A stretch of DNA of 64,000 bases. It comes from an uncultured Verrucomicrobiota bacterium. GTDB taxonomy: Bacteria; Verrucomicrobiota; Kiritimatiellia; JAAZAB01. Both the position numbers and the translations under genes were made by a program. The notes below the pieces were generated by a model, which was not told the DNA's origin, did not search any database, and saw only the letters and a program-made list of their open reading frames with translations. Within the stretch, counting starts at the first letter, position 1; the number at the start of each line of letters is the position of its first letter. Below are positions 28,933 through 37,582 of this stretch, piece after piece. The DNA is taken from the NCBI GenBank assembly GCA_964475405.1, contig CAYYWX010000009.1:2407-66406 (forward strand), in the 5' to 3' direction.

Positions 28933-31417
28933 TGGCGGATGATACCTGCTTGGGTTTAGTCGTCCCCATCTGTCCCGGTTGCGGCTTGGGATCGGGCGTA
29001 ATGCCGATTTCCTTCTTCTTGGACGTTTTTTTCCGGATGGTCGTCGTCGGGTAGCTCGTGCCGCCCTTGCCGTCGTCCTTCTCAATATGGCCGCCGACAA
29101 GGCGATAGTTCCCCTTGAATTTTTTGGCCAGCCCCTTCAGGAAATCGCCGCCCGGCTCGTCAATGCAATAACCGATGCAATGAATCACGGGCGGCTTCTT
29201 GCCGCCTTTCTTTTCATACAGTTCCTTATAAAGCAGCGTAAAGTGCTCGATGAAGTCCGTAAGCGACCACGATTGGATATTCTCGGGCGGCACGGGGCGC
29301 GGGGTCAAGGCCGGCAGGGCCACGCCGCCGGTCCACTGCCGCCGGGTTTCCCAATGTCCCTCGGTCGCAGCGACCGCGGCCTGGCCTTCGCGGCGCTTGC
29401 TTCCCGCTGATCCCGGCACCCATACCTTGGCTTCCGTGAACTTGCCGCGGCTTTCCATTTTGGAGATCATCTTGTTCCGCGCCTCGATAATCGGCTCGTT
29501 TTCTTTTTCCCATTGGGCTATTTTTGCATCCCAGGCGGTCTTCTGTTGTTCCGTCAGCGGTTTTTTGACGGCCGGCAGGCCGTCGCTGATGATCAGGATC
29601 GTGTCGGCCCCCTGTTCAAAAGCGCCGGTCAGCGCCAAATCCAAACGGGTCGTGCCGCCGATCGCACGCAGGCCGAGGGAACTCTGTTCCAGGTTGCCGG
29701 AATTCAACCCGATGTTGCCCTTTGAGTTGAAGGGCGCCAGCCAGCTCTTTGCCATTTCCTTGTTTGCCGTGCTGGCGATCATCAGGTTGGTGGAACAGGC
29801 GCTCGCCGCGTCGGCAAATACAATGACGTTGAAAAGGGCCTGTTCGGACAACTCGTCGATCACTTTGCCGATCTTATCCTTCACGCGCAGGTAACCGGCC
29901 TCGCCGTCGCGGATATCCTCGATCATGCTCTCCGAAACGTCCACCAGGATGACGACGCGGTCAGCCCGGCCCTTGATGCCGAAAAAATTATAGGCGGACA
30001 CGCCCTGGCCGAAACCGCCGAGCCCGTATCCCATGCCGAGGCCGACCCCCATGCCGATGCCGCTCACGGTCGTAAACTTCGGCGAAAAACTCGTCTTGAC
30101 CGACTTTGATTCAACCTTGATTTCAGGCAAAGCGAACGATGATCCTTTTGTCGCGACCAGGCGGGGCGCCATGGAAGGCCGGCTGGAACTGCGCTGGCGC
30201 TTCTGGACCTTGACCTGGTGTTCCAGCTTGCGCGGCTCGAACGGCCGCATCGGAGGCGGCTGGCCGACGAACGTTGCCTCGCGGTTATAATAAACTCGGC
30301 TGACGATCACTCCTCCCGCGACAAGCAGCAACGACACATGGAAAGCTAGCGCGATATACAGGCTCCGCCGCGCCATTTTGTTGAACGTGGCGGCAGGGCG
30401 TTTTAAATTAGGCAGCGCGGCCGGGACTGACGCGTCGCGACTGACCTTCTCGCGCGCGCCGGCGCCGGCCGGCCGTCCGGCCCGGGCCGGCTTCGCCGCC
30501 GATGGCTGAGCGGCTTTGCCGGCGCTCGTCCCCGCAGCGCCCGCGGCGGCGGCCTCGCCGGCCGGTTTCTGTTGCTCGCCGCGCTCAAGCAGGATTAAAT
30601 CCGCGATTACCTCTTCCCATTTCTGGTAGCGCGCGCCGGGCAACGTGGACATCATCCTGGAGATCAGGCGCGCGCTTCCGACCGTCAAGCCGCGATTAAC
30701 CGGCTGAGGGGCAGAGCTCGCGTCGCCTTCAACCGGGTGCTTGTTGCCGGTCAGCATGTGATAGAGCGTGGCGCCCAGGGAATAAATATCAGAACGGCAA
30801 TCGGGGGCGGCGGACTGGTCCGTAACCATTTCCGGCGACATGTAAGGAAGAACGGCCGCCATGAACGATTGCCTTTGGTCATCCAACGCAGCGGCCATGC
30901 CCAGGGCGCGCGCCAAGCCGAGGTCAGTCACCTTGGTCGTGCCCTCGTTGTCAATCCGGATGTTGTGCGGCTTGATATCGCCGTGGGCAAGCTTGGATTT
31001 GTTCCAGGCGGCGCGCAGCGCGTCCGCCACGAAATGGGCCACGGCCAGGGCGTCGGATTCCGCCAACCGGCCGGAACGCTGCAACCAGTCGCCCAGGCTG
31101 TAGCCGGGCAGATATTCCGAAACGATGTAGAAGCAGTTGTCGTTTTTCGTCTCGCCCGTGCCATAAATCTGGGCAATGCAATTGTGTTTCAGGGCGGCGG
31201 CAAGCTTGATGTCCGCCTTTAAACGGTTGACGCATTCCGGATTGCGGGAAAAATTCTCCGACAGGATCTTGACCACCACCGGGCGCCCCGTGGAAATCTT
31301 GCGGGCTTTCCAGAGCAAGGACATCCGCCCGCATCCGAGCAGCTCAAACGAGTCATAGCCGTCGATCGCCGGCAAATTCGCGTTCATGCCTCCGCCAGAT
31401 GGCAAATCAGTGGTCAT
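28922..31417 (-). CDS. Ser/Thr protein kinase, then a TM helix, a Gly-rich segment, and an extracytoplasmic von Willebrand factor A domain
   Basis: Hanks kinase landmarks (GxGxxS, VVKIL, HGDIKPHN, DLGLAR). One predicted TM helix (LYIALAFHVSLLLVAGGVIV). A vWA MIDAS-like DxSxS (VDVSESM). The ATG at 31417 is preceded by GGAGG. Confidence 0.8.
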   Translation of the reverse strand: MTTDLPSGGGMNANLPAIDGYDSFELLGCGRMSLLWKARKISTGRPVVVKILSENFSRNPECVNRLKADIKLAAALKHNCIAQIYGTGETKNDNCFYIVSEYLPGYSLGDWLQRSGRLAESDALAVAHFVADALRAAWNKSKLAHGDIKPHNIRIDNEGTTKVTDLGLARALGMAAALDDQRQSFMAAVLPYMSPEMVTDQSAAPDCRSDIYSLGATLYHMLTGNKHPVEGDASSAPQPVNRGLTVGSARLISRMMSTLPGARYQKWEEVIADLILLERGEQQKPAGEAAAAGAAGTSAGKAAQPSAAKPARAGRPAGAGAREKVSRDASVPAALPNLKRPAATFNKMARRSLYIALAFHVSLLLVAGGVIVSRVYYNREATFVGQPPPMRPFEPRKLEHQVKVQKRQRSSSRPSMAPRLVATKGSSFALPEIKVESKSVKTSFSPKFTTVSGIGMGVGLGMGYGLGGFGQGVSAYNFFGIKGRADRVVILVDVSESMIEDIRDGEAGYLRVKDKIGKVIDELSEQALFNVIVFADAASACSTNLMIASTANKEMAKSWLAPFNSKGNIGLNSGNLEQSSLGLRAIGGTTRLDLALTGAFEQGADTILIISDGLPAVKKPLTEQQKTAWDAKIAQWEKENEPIIEARNKMISKMESRGKFTEAKVWVPGSAGSKRREGQAAVAATEGHWETRRQWTGGVALPALTPRPVPPENIQSWSLTDFIEHFTLLYKELYEKKGGKKPPVIHCIGYCIDEPGGDFLKGLAKKFKGNYRLVGGHIEKDDGKGGTSYPTTTIRKKTSKKKEIGITPDPKPQPGQMGTTKPKQVSSANAP

Positions 31418-32537
31418 TAACACCTCCGCCCGGTTTTAAATTCCGCGCCAGGACCCGCTGCAGGGCGCGCAGGCAGCGCAGGTTTTCGGAATGACGCCCG
31501 ACGGTGACGCGGATATATTCCGGAAGACTATAACCATCCATCGGCCGGACAATTACCTTTTCCTTCTGCAGTTCATGGAAAACCCGGCGTCCGTCACCGA
31601 CCTTGAGAAGCATGAAATTCGCCACGGAGGGGACGTATTCCACCCCGATTTTTTTCAGGTTTTTTTCAAAAAAACGCAATCCTTCCGCGACCATCTCCCG
31701 GGTCCTGGCAACGAAGGCGTCATCGGCAATTGCCGCGACGGCCGCCTTCAGGGCCATGTCATTGACGTTGAACGGCTGGCGGATGCCGGCCATCAGTTCA
31801 ATCCCTTCCGCGGGCGCGACCGCGTATCCGACGCGCAAACCGGCCAAACCGTATGTTTTTGAAAAAGTTCGTAAAATAATGATTTTGCGCCCGGCGCGGA
31901 CATAGCGCAGCGTATCGGGCTGTTTTTCCGGCGGAAGCAATTCTATATACGCTTCATCCAGGGCGACAAGCACATGGGGCGGAACTTTATCCATGAACTC
32001 ATCGATTTCCCGGCCGTCAACCATCGTACCGGTGGGATTGTTCGGATTGGCGATAAAGACGACCCTGGTGCGCGGGGTGATGGCGGCGAGCATCGCCTTG
32101 AGGTCATGGGTAAAGCCGCGCATCGGAACAACCACCGGCCGGGCTTGAAACATTTCGGTAATCAGCCGGAAAATGGCGAACGCGCGCTCGGCCATGACCG
32201 CCTCGGAGTCGCGGTCAAGGAAAACATGGCCGATGAACTCGATGATTTCGTTGCTGCCGTTGGCGACCATGATCTGATCGGGCGCAACCTTCAATTTTTC
32301 GGCAATGGCTTTGCGCAGGTAAAAGGCGCCGCTGTCCGGATAGATGTGCATTTTGCGGGCGGACTTTTTCATCGCCCGGATGGCCATCGGGGAGGGGCCG
32401 AGGGCGTTTTCATTGGAAGCCAGCTTGATGATGTCGTCCGCGCTTTCAAATCCAAGCTCGCGCGCAACTTCCTCGATCGGTTTCCCGGTCTCGTACCGTC
32501 CGAGGTTAAGCAACCATGGTTTTGCGATTGATTTCAT
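31407..32537 (-). CDS. hisC: histidinol-phosphate aminotransferase
   Basis: 376 aa class II aminotransferase. NENALGPSP and PLP-lysine region. Confidence 0.9.
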   Translation of the reverse strand: MKSIAKPWLLNLGRYETGKPIEEVARELGFESADDIIKLASNENALGPSPMAIRAMKKSARKMHIYPDSGAFYLRKAIAEKLKVAPDQIMVANGSNEIIEFIGHVFLDRDSEAVMAERAFAIFRLITEMFQARPVVVPMRGFTHDLKAMLAAITPRTRVVFIANPNNPTGTMVDGREIDEFMDKVPPHVLVALDEAYIELLPPEKQPDTLRYVRAGRKIIILRTFSKTYGLAGLRVGYAVAPAEGIELMAGIRQPFNVNDMALKAAVAAIADDAFVARTREMVAEGLRFFEKNLKKIGVEYVPSVANFMLLKVGDGRRVFHELQKEKVIVRPMDGYSLPEYIRVTVGRHSENLRCLRALQRVLARNLKPGGGVNDH

Positions 32538-32654
32538 CAGCCTGAAAAATGGTTATATTTAGCCTTCAAAAATTGTTTGAACATTAACACAAACTCAGCG
32601 CAGATAACAATAATAAACAAGAAAATCGCCGGGCAGGATTCGTGTCTATCCAAC

Positions 32655-33737
32655 TTATCTGGCCGGCTCGGAAGCTTTCGGGTAAGAGCCGAGAATCGTC
32701 AGAAGGTTGCAGTGCCTGCTTAAATCGCGCATGGCCCGGTGCACGTCCCGGTCCTGGAGATGGCCCTCGATATCCACGAAAAACAGATATTCCCAGGCCT
32801 TTTGCCGGCTTGGCCGCGACTCGATCTTGGTCATGTTAAGGTTGTATTTTCTCAGCGAACCCAGCGCCTGGTGGAGCGATCCGGCTTGGTGCTTGACCGA
32901 GAACAGAACAGAGGTCTTGTCATCGCCGGTCCTGTTCCCGAAAGATTTCCCGATGACGAGAAAATGGGTCGTGTTGCCGCTCACGTCCTGGATGTCGGCG
33001 TTGAGGATGTTCAGCCCGTAAACATCTGCCGCGAGCCGGCCGGCGATCGCGGCGGCATGCTTGTCCCTGGCGGCCATTTCCGCCGCGCGCGAGGTGCTGG
33101 CAACCGGGATCAGTTCGGTGTCGGGCATTTCGCCCCGCAGCCATTTGCGGCACTGTCCGAGAACGTTCGGGTTGCTGATAACGCGCCTGATTCCGGAGCG
33201 CGGTCCGGAGGCGAGCAGGTAATGCGCGATTGGCTGGTAAATTTCCGCGCAGATTTTCAAGTCGGTTTCGGCGAGGCAGTCAAGGGTATTGGTGACCGCG
33301 CCCTCGGTGGAATTCTCAACCGGCACGACCCCGTAATCGGCTTCCTTCCTTTGAACCCGGTCAAATACTTCGTCAATTGTGTCGCAGGGCAGGTATCCGA
33401 CGCTTTTCCCGAACCGGCGCAAGGCGGCCTGGTGGGAAAACGAGGCCTGCGGCCCCATGTAGGCCACACGGATGTTTTTCTCCAGCGCCAGGGAGGCCGA
33501 CATTATTTCGCGGTAAATGGCCGACAATGCCTGGGAGGGCAGGGGGCCGCGGTTGGCCCTGGAAATATTGTTGAAAATCTCCTTTTCGCGCGCCGGCACA
33601 TAAGTCTCCGATTGCGACTGCTTCTTGATTTTGCCTATTCGCAGCACAGAGGATGCGCGCCGGTTCAAAAGCCGGATAATCTGTTGATCCAGGGCGTCTA
33701 TTTTATGACGCAAATTATTTAAGCTTTTTTTTGTCAT
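32655..33737 (-). CDS. pheA: bifunctional chorismate mutase / prephenate dehydratase (P-protein)
   Basis: N-terminal chorismate mutase helices (LRHKIDALDQQIIRLLNRR), a prephenate dehydratase domain, and a C-terminal ACT domain. Confidence 0.9.
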   Translation of the reverse strand: MTKKSLNNLRHKIDALDQQIIRLLNRRASSVLRIGKIKKQSQSETYVPAREKEIFNNISRANRGPLPSQALSAIYREIMSASLALEKNIRVAYMGPQASFSHQAALRRFGKSVGYLPCDTIDEVFDRVQRKEADYGVVPVENSTEGAVTNTLDCLAETDLKICAEIYQPIAHYLLASGPRSGIRRVISNPNVLGQCRKWLRGEMPDTELIPVASTSRAAEMAARDKHAAAIAGRLAADVYGLNILNADIQDVSGNTTHFLVIGKSFGNRTGDDKTSVLFSVKHQAGSLHQALGSLRKYNLNMTKIESRPSRQKAWEYLFFVDIEGHLQDRDVHRAMRDLSRHCNLLTILGSYPKASEPAR

Positions 33738-34669
33738 GGTTTGTCATCCTGGTGGTCCGGCTCGCCCGTTCCGGGCGATGGTTCGGGCGCCGGCGTTTTT
33801 TTCTCATCGTCTATGGATTGCTCTTCGGAAACATTTTCTTCACCTTCATCGCCATCATTGTCTTCGTCATCATCATCTTCATCGTCCTCGTCGTCCTCTT
33901 CCTCTTCGTCTTCTTCTTCGTCATCCTCGACTTCCTCCTCCACTTCCTTGGCCTCATCCTCGTCCTCATCGGCATCATCATTCGCTTCGTCTTCTTCTTT
34001 TTTTTCTTCCAAATCCAATTCCTGATTTTCGGCGCTTTCCTGCGCTGATTTTTCAGACTGCGCCTTGATCCTTTCCGCCTCCTTGCGGCGCAGTTGCTCG
34101 ATGCCCGGCAAATGGTTGATGTCCTGCAGGCCGAAATGTTCCAGGAAAAGCTGGGTGGTGCCGTAGAGCAGGGGATGCCCGGGCAAATTACTGCGGCCGA
34201 CAATCTTGATCAGCTGGCATTCGAGCAAATGACGCACGATGTTATCGACATTGACGCCGCGCACTCCCTCGATTTCAGCCCGGGTAACCGGCTGGCGATA
34301 AGCAATGATCGCCAATGACTCCAAGGTCGGCTTGGAAAGACGGCTTGGCTTGCCGCTGTTGAGCATGCGCCGCAGCCACGGACCGCAATCCGGGTCGGTC
34401 TGCAGGCGGAAACCGCCGGCAACCTCGGCGAGGTGCATGCCGGCGTTTGCCTGGATCAAATCAACCTTGATCTGCTCCAGCGCGGCGCAAATCTCGCTTT
34501 CCTTGATTTTTGCGAATTGACGGCAGGCCTCGTCATGGCCTTCCGCTTCCTCTTCGGCGGTCTGGACAAAAATCTTCTTGAAATCCGGGGCTGAAACCGA
34601 TTTTTTGGCGGCGAACAGCATCGCGCCGATTATCTTTTTCAGGGTTAATTGCTCTGTTGGTAAAGACAT
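33734..34669 (-). CDS. scpB: segregation and condensation protein B with a long poly-acidic C-terminal tail
   Basis: The N-terminal roughly 190 aa match ScpB winged-helix domains. The C-terminal roughly 110 aa are E/D-rich low complexity. Confidence 0.8.
   Translation of the reverse strand: MSLPTEQLTLKKIIGAMLFAAKKSVSAPDFKKIFVQTAEEEAEGHDEACRQFAKIKESEICAALEQIKVDLIQANAGMHLAEVAGGFRLQTDPDCGPWLRRMLNSGKPSRLSKPTLESLAIIAYRQPVTRAEIEGVRGVNVDNIVRHLLECQLIKIVGRSNLPGHPLLYGTTQLFLEHFGLQDINHLPGIEQLRRKEAERIKAQSEKSAQESAENQELDLEEKKEEDEANDDADEDEDEAKEVEEEVEDDEEEDEEEEDDEDDEDDDDEDNDGDEGEENVSEEQSIDDEKKTPAPEPSPGTGEPDHQDDKP
33817..33982. repeat. codon-level low-complexity tract (GAN/GAR repeats) encoding the ScpB acidic tail
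   Basis: The plus strand reads ...tcatcgtcctcgtcgtcctcttcctcttcgtcttcttcttcgtcatcctc... Coordinates are estimated from residue numbering. The tract also generates several spurious ORFs in other frames. Confidence 0.7.
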
Positions 34670-34721
34670 ATTTTATGTTCCTTTATGTATAACAGAAGTC
34701 AGAGATCAACACGACGCGCAT

Positions 34722-34799
34722 TGTCATACTGAGCGGAGCGAAGTATCTCCGTCGTGCGGATAGCCGCGGCAGAGATTCCTCGCGATGCTCGGAATGACA
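34722..34799. repeat. intergenic hairpin element, copy A (TGTCAT...GAGGAATCTC family)
   Basis: Left arm tgtcatactgagcggagcgaagtatctc and inverted right arm gagattcctcgcgatgctcggaatgaca. Lies between scpA and scpB. Confidence 0.65.
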
Positions 34800-34833
34800 A
34801 TACATACCGTGTATAACGCATTGATTATCTTTA

Positions 34834-35568
34834 TCATTCATTTGCGCGCACGATCATTATTTCGCCGAATGTCTGGTCCTGTTTTGCGGTTATCTGGTGC
34901 AAACGCACCAGCTCCAGCACGGCCAAAAACGTGCAGATAATCTCATGCCTGGTCGCGAGATGGTCAAAAAGGGTGAAAAACGGGACGCTTATTTTCTCCT
35001 TTATGATAGCAAGCAGCATTTCAATCTTGTCGGCCACGGTTATCTTGTCGGCGAATATTTCGCCGATCACCTCCGGCTCGATCCTTTTTAAAGCGTCGTT
35101 AAAGACGGAAATCAAGTCGAAAATCGTCACTTCATCCAGGCCGATTTCCGGGGAGACAACCGCCTGGACGTCCTCGCTCCCGCGCAAAAACGTGTTGCTC
35201 TGGCTTATTTCCATGCCCTGCAGCAGGCCGGCCGCGTCCTTGAATTTCTTGTATTCCACCAGCTTGCGGATCAGGTCCCAGCGCGGATCCTCCTCCTCCG
35301 GCTCAAGCTCGGGGCGTTCCTCCGGCGGCAGCAGCAGGCGGCTTTTGATCATGAGAAGCGTCGCGGCCATGACGAGAAAATCGCCGGCGATATCCAGGTC
35401 AAGCATGCGCATCAGGCCGAGGTATTCCATGTATTGGCGCGTGATGAGCTCGATCGGGATGTCGTAGATGTCAACTTCATCCTTTTTGATCAGGTACAGG
35501 AGAAGATCCAGCGGGCCCTCAAACACTTCCAGCTTGATTTTTAATTCGTCAGTCTGCTGAACCGGCAT
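34834..35568 (-). CDS. scpA: segregation and condensation protein A
   Basis: LEVFEGPLDLLLYLIKKDEVDIYDIPI N-terminus typical of ScpA. Confidence 0.85.
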   Translation of the reverse strand: MPVQQTDELKIKLEVFEGPLDLLLYLIKKDEVDIYDIPIELITRQYMEYLGLMRMLDLDIAGDFLVMAATLLMIKSRLLLPPEERPELEPEEEDPRWDLIRKLVEYKKFKDAAGLLQGMEISQSNTFLRGSEDVQAVVSPEIGLDEVTIFDLISVFNDALKRIEPEVIGEIFADKITVADKIEMLLAIIKEKISVPFFTLFDHLATRHEIICTFLAVLELVRLHQITAKQDQTFGEIMIVRANE

Positions 35569-35575
35569 AATTTAT

Positions 35576-36541
35576 TTACTCCAGGCCGACGGCCGCCCTT
35601 GCTTTCCTTAACGTGATCTGGATGACTTGCCGTGCCTTTTCGGCGCCCGCGCGCAGGACGCCCTCAACGGCGGCCGGGTCGGACTGCAGCCGCTCGCGCT
35701 TCGCGCGGGCCTGGGCAAAATACTGCCAGATCAATTCGGCCAATTCCTTTTTAACATCGCCATAGCCGATGCCGCCGTTCCGGTACCGGTCGGCCATCAG
35801 GTCGAGCTTGTCCTTCGGCGCGAAAAGCTTGTACAAGGCGAACAGGTTGCATTTATCCGGGTCTTTTTTGTCGGCCACCGTCTTGCTGTCGGTCACGATG
35901 CGCATGACCGTTTTTTTCAACTCGGCCTGGGGCAGGAACAGTTCAATTGAGTTGTTATAAGACTTGGACATTTTCTGGCCGTCAACTCCCGGGACGACGG
36001 CAACCTCCTCCTTGATCGAAGACTCGGGAATTTTGAATGTTTCGCCGAAACGATTGTTGAACTTGATCGCGATGTCGCGCGTCACCTCAACGTGCTGTTT
36101 TTGGTCCTGGCCGACCGGCACGAGATCGGACTGGACGGCGAGAATGTCCGCCGCCATAAGAACCGGGTAGGCAAAAAGACCGTGCATGGCGGTTATGCCC
36201 CGCGCCGTCTTGTCCTTATAGGAGTGACAGCGCTCAAGCAGCCCCATGGGAGTGACGATCGAAAGAAGCCAGGCCAGCTCGTGTATTTCAGGAATGTCGC
36301 TCTGGCGGTAAAAAACGGTTTTTTGGGGATCAAGGCCGCAGGCCAGGAAATCAAGCGCCACGTCGTTTGTGCCCCGGCGCAGGGCTTCCGCTTCCTGGAC
36401 GGATGTCAGGGCGTGATAATTGGCGATGAACAAAAACGTTTCGGCCTGCCGGTCCTGCAGTTCCAGGGCCGGCTTCATCATTCCAAAATAATTGCCCAGG
36501 TGCAATTTGCCCGAGGGCTGGATGCCCGAAAGTACGCGCAT
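35576..36541 (-). CDS. trpS: tryptophan--tRNA ligase
   Basis: Class I HIGH-type motif (KLHLGNYFG) and KMSKS. Confidence 0.9.
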   Translation of the reverse strand: MRVLSGIQPSGKLHLGNYFGMMKPALELQDRQAETFLFIANYHALTSVQEAEALRRGTNDVALDFLACGLDPQKTVFYRQSDIPEIHELAWLLSIVTPMGLLERCHSYKDKTARGITAMHGLFAYPVLMAADILAVQSDLVPVGQDQKQHVEVTRDIAIKFNNRFGETFKIPESSIKEEVAVVPGVDGQKMSKSYNNSIELFLPQAELKKTVMRIVTDSKTVADKKDPDKCNLFALYKLFAPKDKLDLMADRYRNGGIGYGDVKKELAELIWQYFAQARAKRERLQSDPAAVEGVLRAGAEKARQVIQITLRKARAAVGLE

Positions 36542-36793
36542 TGTTTTTTTGTCTCCCTTCTGCGCCCAAATATAACGTGTTTAGACCAGCAAGCAATAAA
36601 AAACATTCGCTTTGATGCTTGAAATTTCGATATAAATGAATATGATTGTGACTGTTATTTATGAAAAGATGTCCTCATGTTTCTGCGGTCGAAGGCGAGT
36701 GGCTGGATTGGTACCGGCTGACTCCTCGGCAACGTTGGCGGGAATCCGGAAAACTTTGGGCGTTTTATACCGAGATGGGCGGTTCTCTTGATC

Positions 36794-37552
36794 ATGAACC
36801 CGATTCACAAAGTCCTTTCAATTCTGCGTGCCTGCCGTGTGCGCTACCTGCTCATGGGCGGCCAGGCCTGCATATTGTACGGCGCAGCCGAGTTTAGCCG
36901 CGATACGGATATCGTCATTTTGGCGGACGTATCGAACCTGAAACGTCTGCGCCGCGCCCTTTTGGAACTGAGGGCCGGATGCATAGCGGTTCCGTCCCTC
37001 TCTCTTAAATGGCTGCGGAAGGGCCATGCGGTTCATTTCCGTTGTCTCTGTTCCGAAGCGAAAAACATGCGTTTGGATGTTATGGCGAAACTGCGGAACG
37101 CGCCGGCCTTTAACGATCTCTGGAAACGGCGCACGACCGTGACTGTTGCAGACGGCGAAAGCTATGATCTGATTTCTCTTCCTGACCTTCTTCAGATTAA
37201 GAAAACACAGCGGGACAAAGATTGGATTATGCTTCGCCGGCTTGTTGAAGCGCATTATTTCAACAATGCGCGCAAACCCGACGCCGCAAAACTTGATTTT
37301 TGGCTTGAAGAAATGCGCACTCCGGAAATTCTTGTCGATTTGGTGAAGAAATATCCGAAACAGGCTTCTGGTGCGGTTAAACGGCGCCCATTGCTGCGTT
37401 ATGCCATGAGGGGAGATAAGCTTGGACTGGAAGCCGCCTTGAAAGATGAAGAGGAATCCGAGCGTAGCGCGGACCGTGCATACTGGGCGCCGTTGAAAAA
37501 AGATCTGGAACGGATGCGTCATAAGATCGCCCGGTCTCGTAAAGTTGAATAA
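36794..37552 (+). CDS. nucleotidyltransferase-fold (pol-beta-like) domain protein
   Basis: LMGGQACILYGAAEFSRDTDIVI fits the hG[GS]x9-13[DE]h[DE]h NTase signature. C-terminal helical domain. An upstream 78-aa ORF (36661-36897) overlaps in another frame. Confidence 0.45.
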   Translation: MNPIHKVLSILRACRVRYLLMGGQACILYGAAEFSRDTDIVILADVSNLKRLRRALLELRAGCIAVPSLSLKWLRKGHAVHFRCLCSEAKNMRLDVMAKLRNAPAFNDLWKRRTTVTVADGESYDLISLPDLLQIKKTQRDKDWIMLRRLVEAHYFNNARKPDAAKLDFWLEEMRTPEILVDLVKKYPKQASGAVKRRPLLRYAMRGDKLGLEAALKDEEESERSADRAYWAPLKKDLERMRHKIARSRKVE

Positions 37553-37582
37553 TTTTCTTAATTGGCAAGGAGTTTTAACCAG

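Noticed and set aside
28933-29100. Arg-rich 56-aa N-terminal extension of the secreted hypothetical protein ORF.
   Set aside because: It overlaps the 3' end of the kinase gene. The internal Met is followed by a clean signal peptide, so the extension is probably not translated.
33736-34203. Several ORFs of 94-130 aa on both strands with Ser-, Arg- or Lys-rich products.
   Set aside because: They are frame-shifted readings of the GAN-repeat tract that encodes the ScpB acidic tail.
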